DNA from: Eledone cirrhosa
Lineage: Eukaryota
Direction: 5' to 3'
NCBI GenBank assembly: GCA_964016885.1
Contig: OZ024758.1
Span: 744,001 to 808,000 of the forward strand
DNA: 64,000 bases
The notes under the pieces are model-generated. The model made no database searches. It was given only the letters and a program-made list of their open reading frames with translations, and was not told the origin of the DNA. Below, one piece after another: positions 14,974 through 29,635 of this stretch. The position numbers and the translations under genes were made by a program. Positions within the stretch are counted from its first letter, which is position 1, and the number at the start of each line of letters is the position of its first letter.

Positions 14974-15106
14974 TGTTTCTACTTTTGGCACAAGGCCAGT
15001 AATTACCCAGTGCATTACTGGTACTTTATTTTATCGACCCCCGTAAGGATGAAAGGCAAAGTTAACCTCGGCGGGATTTGAACTCAGAATGGCAAGGGCC
15101 GTAACT
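14972..15106 (-). mobile_element. SINE family A, 5'-truncated
   Basis: GGCACAAGGCCAG...GGTACTTTATTTTATCGACCCC..AAGGATGAAAGGCAAAG..GATTTGAACTCAG; near-identical to 19872. Confidence 0.85.
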
Positions 15107-15146
15107 ATAATAATAATAATAATAATAATATATATATATATATATA

Positions 15147-15240
15147 GGAAAAACTTGAACCGTTAACATCTTCTTCCTGGTTATGTCAATATCTAGAAAA
15201 CAAACTTTGTATTTTATCTGAAAGTTTTGGTACCCTTGAA
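15147..15240 (-). mobile_element. Possible PLE RT micro-fragment
   Basis: Minus frame KVCFLDIDITRK resembles the PLE RT xxFLDxxI motif. Confidence 0.35.
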
Positions 15241-15296
15241 ATATATATAATAGAATAAATATGGTTTTATAATTATAGTTTCCGTTTATTTAATAT

Positions 15297-15350
<54 letters not shown>

Positions 15351-15404
15351 ATTTTGAATTTGTTGTGCAAGAATTCTTATCTGAAAACGTGTGTTGAAAC
15401 AGAT

Positions 15405-15525
15405 ATTGTTATAGTTTGGGAGGGTCATGTTGTCAATAAAAACACACGCACACCTCGACTTTTCACTTCAATTTATTTCAAATTCCTGGTTGGTTGGTTT
15501 ATTAACCGGATTGTTGTTTATTATA
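15405..15525 (-). mobile_element. Terminus of the PLE family starting GTTATAnTTTGGGAGGGTCAT
   Basis: Same terminal motif at about 16741, 26426 and (degenerate) 59193. Confidence 0.55.
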
Positions 15526-15594
15526 TTATTTATATATATATAGTAATAATAATTACGAGGAGACCAAAATGCGATGAGGATTCGTTAAGGTTTG

Positions 15595-15699
<105 letters not shown>

Positions 15700-16705
15700 A
15701 GATAGATGCAATGATTATTTTATATTTGTATGCATGCATGTGCAGTTGAGAAAAGTGGTTAGAAAATATAAGCAAAACGTGTCGAATTACACAGACAGAC
15801 ACGAATGCAAACACGCACGCACAGAAACTCCTACATACATTCACCTAAACGTATACATACACACATAAACTCACACACAGACATAATCTCACACACAGAG
15901 ACATGTAGTATACTTATAGAAATATAGATATGAAAAAAATAAACAACTTAAAAATTAGCTTTGAAACAAAACAAGCCAGCGTGCACAATACTGAGACATA
16001 TACACCGCATACAGACAGCCTAGCACATGTATACAGACACCACAACATGAAGTTCTCTAACTCTCCACCTCCCTCTTTTCTACTTTAACGCAAACAAACT
16101 CACAGTTTTTAAAACTACACGTACACACACATACACATATAGAGCTTAGGAATCCTTTACGGAGCTGGCAGCGGGTAGGCTAGCTGTGGAATGTTCTGGG
16201 TTGGTGGTAGTTTTCGCTATTGCTTTGAACGCATCGGTCTTCTGTCTTAATCTTACAGAATGGATGATATGGCGTCTTTCCTTGACGGGATGAATAGTGA
16301 GTGCTGTGTTGAAATAACTAAGATAAACATAAATACTGACGTTTTATCAACGAGTGCGGTACGCAATATTTAATATCCTTCACCACTCATACGTTCCCAC
16401 TTTTACAGCATCCCCACCCAACCAACACACACACGCATACAAACGCACACACACACACACGTGCGCGCGCACACACACACACACACATGCACGCATATGC
16501 ACACACGTACATATTCACGTAAACGTATAGTTGGTCTCTCAGCTACCCTTTCACCCTGGCAAATTCTTCATTTTTATGTTGTTTTTTTTTCTCCTCATAT
16601 ATTACTGTTTTATTTGTTTGAAGAAACCGCTATTTCTTCATCAATGCCGAAGAGAAGCAGAGGTGGTGAGATAGACTTAAATGTTTATATGCGTGTGTAA
16701 CATGT

Positions 16706-16739
<34 letters not shown>

Positions 16740-16743
<4 letters not shown>

Positions 16744-17462
16744 ATACTTGGGGAGGGTCATATTTGTGTAATATTGCCAGAATTAATAACAGAACACACT
16801 CACTGTTTGGTTGGTTTTCGTTTTTCGCTTCTGTGTCTTTTATATCGGTAATCTAATTTATTCGGTCCTCAATGTTGCCATTGACTGACCAACGGTCAAA
16901 AATAATACAGATGCAATATAGACACAAACACATATATATAGTTTATCAAAGTTCTTTTGTTGCACATCTGCAACATCGTCAGTGGTGCTATTGTTTCCTC
17001 CCGTTGCATTGTATTTTCTACGCCATCTTTATTTAGTCTGTTTATATATTTATTTATTTATTTGTTTATTTTATTTTGTCTTCTTTGCTCATGCGTTTGC
17101 GTGTGTGTATAGTGTTTTGTTTGATGTGTGTTCGTGATTGGGTGACTGTGTATTGGTTAATGTATTCTATCTTTACTAGTGTGTGTTTATATGTGTTTGT
17201 TGTTATTGTGCTTGTGTATGTATTTATTTATTTATTTATCTATTTATTTATTTATACTTCTCTTAGGTCAGTGTTGTTTGTTTGGGTGTTGTTGTTATTC
17301 GATTCATTTTTTCTGTTTAGCCTTGGCCTTCTAAGTTCTATTTCGCTGGCCTCTCTGATTTGCCTATCTGCTGGGTCATTTCTATGTTTAGATATTATTC
17401 TAATTTCTATGTTGTCTATGTTACCGTCGTGTTGTTGTCTGGCATGTTCGTATAGTACTGAT
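16740..17462 (-). mobile_element. PLE 3' end: GIY-YIG C-terminus, 3' UTR and degenerate hammerhead (16945-16986)
   Basis: SVLYEHARQQHDGN..IEIRIISKH..DPADRQIREASEIELRRPRLNRKNE; minus CTGACGA-TGTTGC-AGATGT-GCAAC-AAAA-GAAC-TT (G12 lost). Confidence 0.8.
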
Positions 17463-17501
17463 ATATTATATATATTATATACTGATATGTTCGTATAGTA
17501 C

Positions 17502-17560
<59 letters not shown>

Positions 17561-17565
<5 letters not shown>

Positions 17566-17742
17566 AGAGAGTATGACCCCGACGGCAGAGCTCAAGCCCT
17601 CGAGGTCAGAAATAGCCGTCGAAACGGCTTGAGCTCTGCCGTCAGGGTCATACTCTCTCCTATTACAGACTCTACTACCCTAAGTATTGAGTACTCTGGT
17701 GCGTTATGGTCCATCTGGTTCCTTACCACAACTCCTCCGTTA
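17561..17742 (+). mobile_element. Hairpin repeat F1 copy (arms 17561-17598/17626-17663)
   Basis: Homology to 9288-9490; flanked by (TA)n. Confidence 0.75.
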
Positions 17743-17763
17743 TATATAAATATATATATATGT

Positions 17764-17819
<56 letters not shown>

Positions 17820-18244
17820 GTGTGTATATATATATATATGTGTGTGTGTGTTTAAACAATACTTAATACTAGTATTGGAATTAATCTATATATATTCGTC
17901 TGATATAATATTTTGGAATTCAAATTTCCGTAGAAATGTTCTAGTTGTTAATTTAATCTCAGATCTCTCGCTATATTTTCCTTGCGAGAAGTGTATCATC
18001 TACGTAACTGGTGTATGTTGTATAATCAAACATTTGTGTCGTTTTGATTAGTATTAGGGCCACACTCAACAAGAATATCTTACCACAACGTGTTAGAAGC
18101 AAGAAATAAAAATAAAATAAAATAAAATTAGAACAACATTGACCAGTAGCACCGTCGGTAAGGAACGAAACTGTGTAAGTCCATTTTGATGGCCGATGAG
18201 TGCAGCGATCTTTTTACTTGTTGCCAAAATTATAACACTCCTAA

Positions 18245-18452
18245 GGATTGCCAGTATCGGTGGAGTGTCAGACACCATGCTTCTCAGCACAGTAACGTCC
18301 CTTTACATTCTGAGTTAAAATCCTGCCGAAGTTAGCTTTGTCTTTCATACTTACGGGGTCGATAAAATAAAGTACCAGTAACGCATTGGGCTCGACTTAA
18401 TCGACGTTCCCCTTCCTCCAAAATTGTTGGCCTCATATGTAAATCAGAAATG
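18245..18452 (+). mobile_element. SINE family A
   Basis: TTCTGAGTTAAAATCC..GGGGTCGATAAAATAAAGTACCAG core. Confidence 0.8.
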
Positions 18453-19044
18453 AATATTATAACACTCGGAAAGCACGTTTCCATCCTTTTCTTTTGCTGT
18501 TATATCTATGTAATTCTCATACCCCCCCCCCACACACACAGATACATATATATATATATGTGAGAGAGAGAGAGAGAGAGAGAGATAGAGAGTGCTCTGT
18601 ACATTAGTATATATGTATTTCTGTATGTTCACTACCGTACGCACTTTCTTCAGCTTTTGTAGCATGACACTCTATATCCTTGTCTTACATAGGGATGATA
18701 CATCTCTTCAAGTCTTCAAACTTGTCCTTTATCAATTTAAGTGTTAAATACTACAACATGAAAGATTTACTGCTTTATATACTTCACAACTGCCTTCATG
18801 ACTCTGCTAACAGGGATATACTTTTACGTTTCTTTTACAAGATTTATCAATGTTTATAACCATACATCCCACAATTCTTATCAACCTATTTCCGGTCGAA
18901 AATATCAAATTTCTTGACCGTTTTTTATTCCTTAAGATTACTGACAAATATCAAATGATATACATGTTATCTTTATTTATTTTTATAATGTTGTTGACTT
19001 TTTGATCAAAATAAATGAAGACGAAACGAATATCGTATCTCTCA

Positions 19045-19143
<99 letters not shown>

Positions 19144-19148
19144 CATCT
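19045..19148. repeat. (TCTA)n tetranucleotide microsatellite
   Basis: Direct inspection. Confidence 0.95.
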
Positions 19149-19871
19149 AACTAGGAATCTATGTAATTTAAAACGATCGTATAGCAAAGCAGGACTGAAT
19201 ATATGTTTGCAAAATACGATGTTTCTGATTATAATCAGAAACATCGTATTTTAGTCTTTAGATAATAATAATAATTATTATCTAAAGACTACTATGTTGC
19301 TTTAAGATTCATAATGTTTCGAAATAATACAAACATAAAAACAGCTTATCATTGGTAAAATTTAAATGGGTGGAGTTTGGCTCTGAGCTCTATGTGCGTG
19401 ACTGTGTTTGTATAAATGGACACTTGTTAATTGTGCATACAGATGCCTCGATATACTTATTTGATGAAGAAACTTTGGAGAAAGATGTATATTAAAGATG
19501 TTGTGTAAGAAAAGATACCTTTGGCAGTAACATCTTAACTTAGTGACTATAATACTACGATATCATTAAAAATAGGTGCTTTAGCTAGAACTTTGTTTGG
19601 TAATATATGCTTATATGGGAAGGTTGAAATATATTGCCTTTGTTTTTTCAACATTAGAATCTTTTCTAGAATTTAGAATTGATTCTCAAGTATGGACCAA
19701 TGAAAGTGTAGATCGGTGTACTGCTAATATTTAGAGGAATCTAATCGACAATATGAAATATGGTGGTGTATATAACATTTGCCGACTCACTTTTATTATA
19801 TTAGCATATGCACACACACATACACAAATGCACACATACACATAGCCTTTTATATATATATATATATATAT

Positions 19872-20006
19872 AATTGTTTCTACTTTAGGCACAAGGCCAG
19901 CAATTACCCAGTGCATTACTGGTACTTTATTTTATCGACCCCGTAAGGATGAAAGGCAAAGTCAACCTCGGCGGGATTTGAACTCAGATCGTAAAGGGAC
20001 GTAACT
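19872..20006 (-). mobile_element. SINE family A, 5'-truncated
   Basis: Same core as 14972. Confidence 0.85.
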
Positions 20007-20777
20007 ATATATATATATAATGTATGTGAGTGTGTGTATTTGTGATTGTGTGTGTATAAAGGTTTATGTGCTTATATACTAAAAGTGAGCCTGTAAATGT
20101 ACGGTTGATGTTACATACACTATATATTTATATTGCAAATATATATATGAATTTATATGACCAACTTAGTTTCTCCTCATATCCTATGAGTATAGATGAC
20201 AACACATACTTATACTAAATATAAACTCTACAGTGCACTTATTATTTTTTGTTTTTTTCTACATGCTAAATCCATATTAGTTATTCAGTTTAGCTTTCCT
20301 ATTCTGCTTTACACAAATATCAATTTTCCTTACGCATAATGTGAAACGAGAACTTATATGATAATCGCTTTTCTTTTTTGGTATCCGTAGAATAAGTTAG
20401 TTACCATATGGACCGGGGGAAAGGAAAACAGGACGTAAACCTCAATTACAATATGAAAATGGCAGTGAAGAAAGACGATACCTCTCCTAAAGGCAAATAA
20501 CAAGATAACTCGGTGATGAAATGTGAAAAAAATATTTTATAATAAAATAAATATCAGAACCAAATTTGTTTTCCCGTGAGTTAAATTTGCCTGCTTCACT
20601 AGGTTTATCATTCTCTGGTCTACATCTGTATCTGTACTGGATACGCTGTGATATTCGAATAAATTACTTTATATTTGCATTCAACTTTCTTATGCCACCA
20701 AAACTGGCAACCATTAAATATACTTTGAGAGATAGTATCTTGTAGCTTTTACCATAGTGGGTTTCTTATAGTCCAGT

Positions 20778-20900
20778 AGAGGTTAGCTTTGCCTTTTATC
20801 CTTTCGAAGTCGATAAAATAAAGCACAAGTAATGCACTAGAGTCGATCTAATCAACTTTGCCGCCTCAAAGATTGTTGGCCTTGTGCCTAAATTAGAACA
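20778..20900 (+). mobile_element. SINE family A, 3' part
   Basis: GCTTTGCCTTTTATCCTTTCGAAGTCGATAAAATAAAGCAC..GGCCTTGTGCCTAAATTAGAA. Confidence 0.8.
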
Positions 20901-21201
20901 ATCATCATCATCATCATCATCATGGTAATTAGTACAAAATAGCAAGGATAACAACGATGAAAACTATCCCTAAAACATTTGATATGCGGAAATATTAGAC
21001 TAGAGGTTATAATTATGATAATGTTAATAAAAGATCTGATATAATAATTATATTGGTTAGACAATTTAATTGATGAAATATTGTTATTAACAGATGTTTG
21101 GCTAAATAAACTAATCTTATTTAACTTTTCAACTATCCATCGACATTTGATATATGCTTCAATACCCATATACTTATATATATATATACACATACACACA
21201 C

Positions 21202-21284
<83 letters not shown>

Positions 21285-21304
21285 ATAGATAGATAGATAT
21301 ACAC

Positions 21305-21336
<32 letters not shown>

Positions 21337-23062
21337 CTTCAACAATATTATGTCAGATTAATTAATGTGTAGAATTTAATAAAAATTCTTTTGTTCGAAA
21401 TTCATATCTCACTTTATAATTTTCACAAACTGATAGTAAAATAACTGTCTAACTCTCTAACACTCATCACCCACTGATATTTCATTTCCTCTTCATTTTA
21501 AATATCTCAAAGTCTAAATATGCTTTAGTTAGTCTATTGTATATTTACACTATGCATTTACATTTGGAGAAAAGATCTTATAAATTTGTAAACGATCGCA
21601 TTTATTTAATGTCCATTCTATTTCAGAATATTTAAAAGATACTTTGCTTCTGGTGACTTTTGAATTAGATTAAGAATATTACATCGGGTTCATTCTTCTG
21701 TCAAGTGGCTAGAACGATAAGATTACTTGAACCAAAGAGCAGTGTGTCTTTTTGAAATCCATTGATCATTTGCACATGAAGTAGGATCTCTAAAGCGAAT
21801 GTTTAGAGATAAATACGTAAGATAAATGTTCAAGTTTGCATTTCATTCTTTTATAGAAGCGAAATTAAGTGTTTTTAAGTATCTTGATGACGTTACAACA
21901 AATACTTTCCTGAACAAGAAAGCGGCGTACAACTTCAACCTCGACCCACTCGATGCTCTCACTTCCCCTTCCTATCGTAATTCCAGTGTCTCAACACTGA
22001 ATTCCGAACTAAACGAATTTCAAGATGATTCGTCTCGAATTGTCCGTTTGCTGTTGACTCCGTGTCCAGGATTTTTCATAGAAGTATCTCTCTGCAGAGC
22101 TTTCATTTAAATAGCATTCGCTTTGAATATCAATCAATATCAGAAAGACTAGTAAGGCTTGCAAACATCATGAGTGATGATCGTCATCCTTCAGAAAATA
22201 TATAAATATGTGTGTATACACACTCTCGCACATACACACACACAGATACACGCAAACACATGCATACACATACACGCACACAAATATATATATGTATATT
22301 TATATATGTATATATATAAATATATACATATATGTGTATGTGTATATGTATATATTATATATATATACATATATATAAATAATGTTCAATATCTCATATT
22401 AGATGTTTAGTAAAGATTAATACGAAATGCACTTAAACCGAATTCTATAATATAAATTCACTTAAATAATTATCGTGTCGTCTTGAGTTCGTTATGAGTC
22501 TCTTTTTTTATAAAAGATGCCGCAGAGTGTACGATAGATAATGATTACAATATTTTTGAGCAACAACTATAGTCCCACACTTTTGAAGGTTTATTATAAT
22601 ATTCTGTGGCTCTTTTGAGCTGGCGCATTTTTCAGGTCTAATTTAATATTTTTTAAGGCAACGCTTGTAATAACTCTAGTTAAACATGATATACATTAAT
22701 AATAAATTATCGTTGTAATGTAGTTAGATTATATAATTGTTATTTTATAAATGATCTTATAAATATTATTGTAAGATGTATACAAATATTTTCAGACTAT
22801 TAATATAAACAACTACAAAAAACAATCAATATTAAATAAATATATTTTACATAATGATTGTTATAGTTGAATTAATAAAAATAAAATATTAGATACAAAT
22901 AGTCTAACATAATAATAATAAAATAATCTAACATAAAACGAACAATAATATGGATAAATATACAAGTAAATATGATACAACCAATATTATAAGCATGTTA
23001 TAACGAACTGAAAAAAAATAGTTAATATAATTTTAAAAAATCATATATAAATTAACAATATA

Positions 23063-23210
23063 ACTTACCAAAACGAGAAAAATATTTTGATGATAAAAGA
23101 CGAAATACAGGAGGAAGATTCGAAAGCGAAACGATAAATAAACGCGCAAACAAAATGGCGGATGCGTTTGAGCAACAATTACTCTCGTTGTTTGATTAGC
23201 CAATGAGACG
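23063..23210 (-). promoter_or_regulatory. Candidate Pol II promoter and non-coding first exon
   Basis: Locally CpG-rich; YY1-type AAAATGGCGG at 23152-61; AGCCAATGA at 23198-206; minus-strand donor G|GTAAGT at 23069|23068-63. Confidence 0.5.
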
Positions 23211-23372
23211 ATACATTACAAAACATGTTTGGCAGTGATCATCACCACGGCCAGCGACACCCCTTTAATTTTTTATTCACAAGCTGCGCATATATGTCAG
23301 ACACGCAGACTCAAAACATTCTGTTATCAGTCACTGCGTGTCTAACAGATATACACATACACACAAATACAC

Positions 23373-23417
<45 letters not shown>

Positions 23418-25017
23418 GAGAGAAAGAGAGAAAGAGAGAAAGAGAGAAAGAGAGAGAAAGAAGAGTGAGAGAAAGAAAGCTATAATTCTGTAAAGAGGAC
23501 ATTATACATTAAAAATAATGATAACAAAATTTTTGCAATGCAACCTGAACTCAGTATTATCTAATACACCGTTATCCACGAAATTGCATATACAAAGGGA
23601 TGGTTGAAGAGGAAGATGACCCCTCTGTCCATTTGTTCAAACTATTTTGTTTCCTTCGCTATATTTATTAGTGGAAAACTGCACCCACCTTCTTTGATAA
23701 ATTTACTTACCAGGGTCACAATCTCCCCACCTCTCTACACATATATAGCTTTCATTCGCTTTCTTCTTCTTCTTCTTCTTCTTCTCTCTCTCTCTCTCTC
23801 TCTCCTCCCATCCTCTCTATCATTGATCATCCCTTTCTTTTACCCATAATGTATGGTTATACACAACCACGTACAATCGACTGCTAAAATAGAAAACGTT
23901 CCAGAATCTTCATAACAAACATGATTCTCGAATTCTCGAATAAGAGTGCAAAGATCCATTTTCAAAATACACACATATATACACACATACACACATATAT
24001 ATACACATACACACACATATATATATATACACATACACACATTTATACACGTGCACTAACATCAATCCATGTATTCACCGATCCAAATACTCAGGCATAC
24101 ATACACACATACGTACAGAGAAACATATATACATACAAACATTTATATACACATACAAACATACATACACATATACAAACATACATACACACATACAAAT
24201 ATACATAGATACAGAGAAACATACATATACAAACATTCATACACACATAAAAACATACATACATAGATACATACATACGCATATACAAACATGCATACAT
24301 AAATACAAATATAAACGCATGCATACATACATATATGCAGGCACACAGAAACATACATACAAACATATATTCATACACACATACACATAAATACTTACAT
24401 ATCTATATGTATGTGTGGGTGAACGTACGTGTGTATGTGTGTGAGTGTGCGTCTGTTTCTGTGTGCGTGTATGAGTGTGTGTATATTTGGGCTCCATATC
24501 TACTCACATCTACCAACAACCAGTTACAAGATGTATGCTCGATTCCTTCAGACAAAACTCATGATTTTCACATACGCAAGCCACATAGACTGGATTCTGT
24601 TTATATAAACGGGGAAGTAAAAGAAACCTTTCCTAACCCACACCTTTCTCACGCTGGGTACCCACTGATAACTATTTATGAAAGGATATCACGTTTATTT
24701 TATTTAGAAAGACAACCGCCGCAGAATACCCATTTTGGCTTTGACCCTTCAATATTATTTTTTCTCACGTCTAAGTACACTCATTCAACATCTGAAGAAT
24801 GAATTAAATGCAAAACCTAGAGAAAAAAGAAAGATGAAAAGTATAGGAATAATGAAAATACAAAAAACATACTCGATGGTGTTGCGTAGAAGTCTTTCTC
24901 TTATTGTTTTTGTTGGTGTTGTTGTTGTTTTAATGTTTATCTCAGTTCTTGTGGTTTCTTTTTCATACTGTTTATTTCAGATTTCTCTGGTACAACTTAC
25001 CTGAAAGAACCGTGTAA

Positions 25018-25061
<44 letters not shown>

Positions 25062-25064
<3 letters not shown>

Positions 25065-25188
25065 TTTATCCCGGGTTCATTCGGGGGTAACCACAGTTAG
25101 TAAGGTACTCAATACAAAGCAGAGTATAAATATTTAATATAGAAAGGCTTCTACACGACGTCTAGAATTATTTCATTCGGTAGAAATT
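25062..25188. mobile_element. Short repeat F3 between (TA)n tracts
   Basis: 25063-25092 is the reverse complement of 38391-38420; 25140-25187 matches 38340-38384 directly. Confidence 0.65.
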
Positions 25189-25219
25189 ATATATATATAT
25201 ATATATACACACATATATA

Positions 25220-25274
<55 letters not shown>

Positions 25275-25294
25275 GCATATATATATATATGTAG

Positions 25295-25333
<39 letters not shown>

Positions 25334-25353
25334 GCATATATATATATGTAGAT

Positions 25354-25384
<31 letters not shown>

Positions 25385-25399
25385 GCATATATATATATG

Positions 25400-25434
<35 letters not shown>

Positions 25435-25439
25435 GCATA

Positions 25440-25480
<41 letters not shown>

Positions 25481-25493
25481 GCATATATATATG

Positions 25494-25528
<35 letters not shown>

Positions 25529-25544
25529 GCATATATATATATGT

Positions 25545-25581
<37 letters not shown>

Positions 25582-25590
25582 CACATATGC

Positions 25591-25621
<31 letters not shown>

Positions 25622-25654
25622 TATATACACATTTGCATATATATATATACATAT

Positions 25655-25992
25655 ATAACTTTGAATAACTTTGAAATGTGTTGGCCAGTATTGGCCCAGG
25701 CCATGTCTAACTTAATAGCACCACCTGGCGAAGTCTTTCAATTCAGGATTTGGGCACCATGGCCCATTCGAGAAGAGAATTACTGTTTGCGGAGACATAT
25801 CCGGGTGTGGGTGGTTTGTCCGGGATTACTTGGAGGAATTTGTCCAAAGACTTCTTGAATTTTGTGTGGTCAGTTTCTGTTTTGACGTGTCCTGGTGTGA
25901 TGTTGAAGAGAGCAGGGCCGATTGAGGTGAAATAATTGTGCCGTATTGTTGTTATGAGTTGCGATTTAGATTTTTGAATGGGACGGATAGCA
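25655..25992 (-). mobile_element. LINE 3' end (CR1/L2/Jockey group), truncated
   Basis: [17 protein letters not shown]...[29 protein letters not shown]; short UTR ending in a tandem TTCAAAGTTA tail. Confidence 0.75.
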
Positions 25993-25997
25993 CATAT

Positions 25998-26080
<83 letters not shown>

Positions 26081-26081
26081 C

Positions 26082-26126
<45 letters not shown>

Positions 26127-26153
26127 TATATATATATATATACACACATATAC

Positions 26154-26276
<123 letters not shown>

Positions 26277-26423
26277 TATATATATATGTATATGTATTTA
26301 TGCATGTACATATGTATATATATGTATATATATATGTAAGTATGTATATATATTTACATATATGTGCATATATACACTTGTATATATACGTATGTGAGTG
26401 TATGCTTAACTATATGTTTATAA

Positions 26424-27690
26424 TTGTTATGCTTTGGGAGGGTCATGCTGCCAGTATAAACATATGCACCATTTGATTTTAACTTTGGTTTTATTATTAC
26501 TTCGAGACCTAATCCATTCCTAGGTTAGTTTAGTAAACTGATGGTTATTTAATTGTCAAAGTTCTTTCGTGACATTTTGTGACCTTCGCAGTGACTGTTA
26601 TAGCTCTACGACTCGCACTATCGCTTTGATGTTGTTGTAGTTACTTCATCTTGTCTTTCAGATATTCCACTATTTTTCCTTTCTCAAACTCTATCATCGT
26701 TCTGTGTATATTTGAGACTATTGTGCAGATTCCCCGAGCTATAAGGTATGGACTATTTGTTCGGGAGTGTTTTTTTTTCAGTGAGATGAAACACATTAAA
26801 GTATTGTCTGTCGTTTGAAATATATATCGGTTTCTTGATTTATGTTTCCTTTTGTTATCATTATATATATGAAGGGAATTTGAGGCCTTATGTTATTGAT
26901 AAAGTTTTGAAATTTATCAGTTTATCAATATTTCCCTTTAAGAGATAAAACATTCGTCCAGGAATAGTTTCTAGCTCTCCTTCAAATAGCAGCTAAATTT
27001 CTCTCCTTCAATTTGTAATGAATATTCGAGGTTTTTAATTTATGCTGTCACATGACTAGGTTGGCAAAGTTTGGTGTAACTTTGTACACATGGCTGCTCC
27101 TGATTTATCTCTGTAAGCTGTTAAACCAAACAAGAAGTTATTATTGGAAGAATTGGTAGTGCGTTGGACAACGTGCTTTGTGGCATAGAGCTACGTCCTT
27201 TTACGCTCGGAGATCAAATTCCACTAACGTTAGCTTTGCCTTTCATCCTTACTGAGTCAATAAAATAAAATAACTCACTGGGGTCGATTTAGTCGACTTT
27301 CCCCTTACCCAAAATTGTTGGCCCTATGCCTAAATCAGAAATCCCTATTTCCTAAAATAAACTGAGGCCAACTACAATAAAATCCCCTCAACGTGTCCTG
27401 CTATATCGTAAAACATATTTGGCAATATTTGGCAGCCTCGGGAAAAGATTCTATATACATTCATAACATCGTTCGAAACGGTGTTAGTATTTACCTCATT
27501 TGGTGGACGTTTGAACCTACCGATGTCATCTTGTATAAAGCTCTGTATATGTTTCAGGAAAGGTTTCAGCATAGTGACCTGAAAGTTACTGAGGTGATGT
27601 GTCTCATATGTTGGATTATAACCGATGTTAGATTAAAAACAATTGGCGAGGCTACATTTACACAATTTAAATGGAGTAAATTTAACTCTT
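26424..27690 (-). mobile_element. Degenerate PLE (RT remnants, decayed hammerhead 26555-26595), interrupted by a SINE
   Basis: Frameshifted minus-strand peptides YETHHLSNF, LKPFLKHIQSFIQDD, GAAM, PNFANLVM, FLDECFI, ETDIYFK, ARGICTIVS in PLE RT order. Confidence 0.8.
27180..27345 (+). mobile_element. SINE family A nested in the PLE
   Basis: GCTTTGCCTTTCATCC..CACTGGGGTCGATTTAGTCGAC..GGCCCTATGCCTAAATCAGAA. Confidence 0.75.
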
Positions 27691-27989
27691 AACATAATAT
27701 ATATATAATTGTATGGGTGTTAATGTTATACAAATATAAAAATGTCACCGAGTATTTCTATTCAAATAACTACATAAAATGCGTGAGCCCAAACAATGAA
27801 ATTCATTATACATGTATGCAACATACTTGAAAGTATGCATACATTTACCCACTTACGTACATAACATCACATTTACAAACACACTTATATACACTCACTT
27901 ATATAACATACATATCGTCATATTTAATGATATTGATATATTCCTTAATATTCTGAATAAATGTATAGTATTATAATAGCAACAATAAT

Positions 27990-28167
27990 TGTTTCTACCT
28001 TTGGCACAAGGCCAGCAATTACCCAATACATTACTAGTACTTTATTCTATCAACCCCGTAAGGATGAAAGGCAAAGTTAACCTCTGCGATATTTGAACTC
28101 AGATCGTAAAGGGACGTAACTACGCTGGAAAGCATGTCCGACCTTTCTACCAATACTGCTAATTCAC
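27990..28167 (-). mobile_element. SINE family A with TSD
   Basis: Core match; 15-bp TSD AATAGCAACAATAAT at 27975-89 and 28168-82. Confidence 0.85.
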
Positions 28168-29058
28168 AATAGCAACAATAATGAGTGATATGTAGAATTG
28201 AGAATATTAATGTTAATATATGTTTATGTGTCAATATATTTGTTTGGGGCTCTGCTTGTATGTATGTCTCTGTGTATGCATGTGGCTGCGTCTCAGTGTG
28301 GGTGTTTGTGTGTATGTGCAAGTGTTTGTGTATGCATGTGCCCGTGAGTGTTTGTGTATGTGTGAGTGTGCCTGTTTGTGTGTGTGTGTGTGGCTGCGTC
28401 TGTGTGTGTATGTGTGTTTGTGTGTGTATGCTTGTGTTTCTAGCTCTTCTCATCTATTAGAGACGATGTGAGTTATCAGGATTTAAAACGTTCCTTTACA
28501 AAGATGTAGAACTGAGCAATTAATGTCTGAGACTTGTGATATGTGATACACTTTCACAATAATGGAAGCCCCCTTTAATGTTATTCAAGTACAACACTAG
28601 GTGAGAACTTGTGGCGTCATCGGCATCACTTTCTCAACGCAAATAGCCAGAACTGTTACCTCAAATAGACCTTTTAGACACTCTATAAATTCCATATATA
28701 CATTGCTATGGTTAGGTTTAACGAGACAGTATATGAAAGGAAGATATGACCACGCTATGATTTGAAATCAGAACGCTGAGATTGGAAACAATTGCCGACT
28801 ATGGAACGCATATCTTATTTCACCAACATATACATACACACGCACACTCATACACACATATATATATATACCCACCCCCATATATATATTAGGATTGGTG
28901 CTCTGAAATAGCGATGTATACATGAATGTATGTATAGTATATTTGGCAATATACCGTATGTTTAATTAAAAACATTTAGAAGACCATTCGCTATCAGTTT
29001 TAAAGTAGTCATTTATTTTCAGCGAAAGAAGGGGGAGAGGTTGATATCTATATATACA

Positions 29059-29126
<68 letters not shown>

Positions 29127-29559
29127 TATATTGAGTGCTCTGGTGCCTCATGGCCCACCTCGTATATATATATATATACCTATATTTCCACATATCTGCG
29201 TGTCGGTGTATGATTCTGCCTGTGCATGTGTGTGTGTCGAATCCACACACATCTCTTATTACAAATTACGGCCTTTTATATATTTCTTTCCCTTAATCGG
29301 ATGTCTTGAAATGGACTGGTGACTTCTCACGAAACCTGTTTCTAATTTATCGTTAATTCTTGCTTTTCTACTTACAAATTCTGTTATTTTCGAAACAGAA
29401 TCACGACGCCTTATCTAGTCAAATTTAATTTCAGTTTCGCAAGAATATAGAATATATGTTCTGTCTATAATAGTTTCTTGAAAGTTCCTTCTATCAACGA
29501 AATGTACGTAATTAGGAGTCGAGTTAGTGGAAAACATAGTTGAACGAAGAAAATGTGAT

Positions 29560-29635
<76 letters not shown>

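Noticed and set aside
21826-22110. 94-aa plus-strand ORF of normal composition
   Set aside because: No recognisable domain or convincing splice context; cannot be supported as a CDS.
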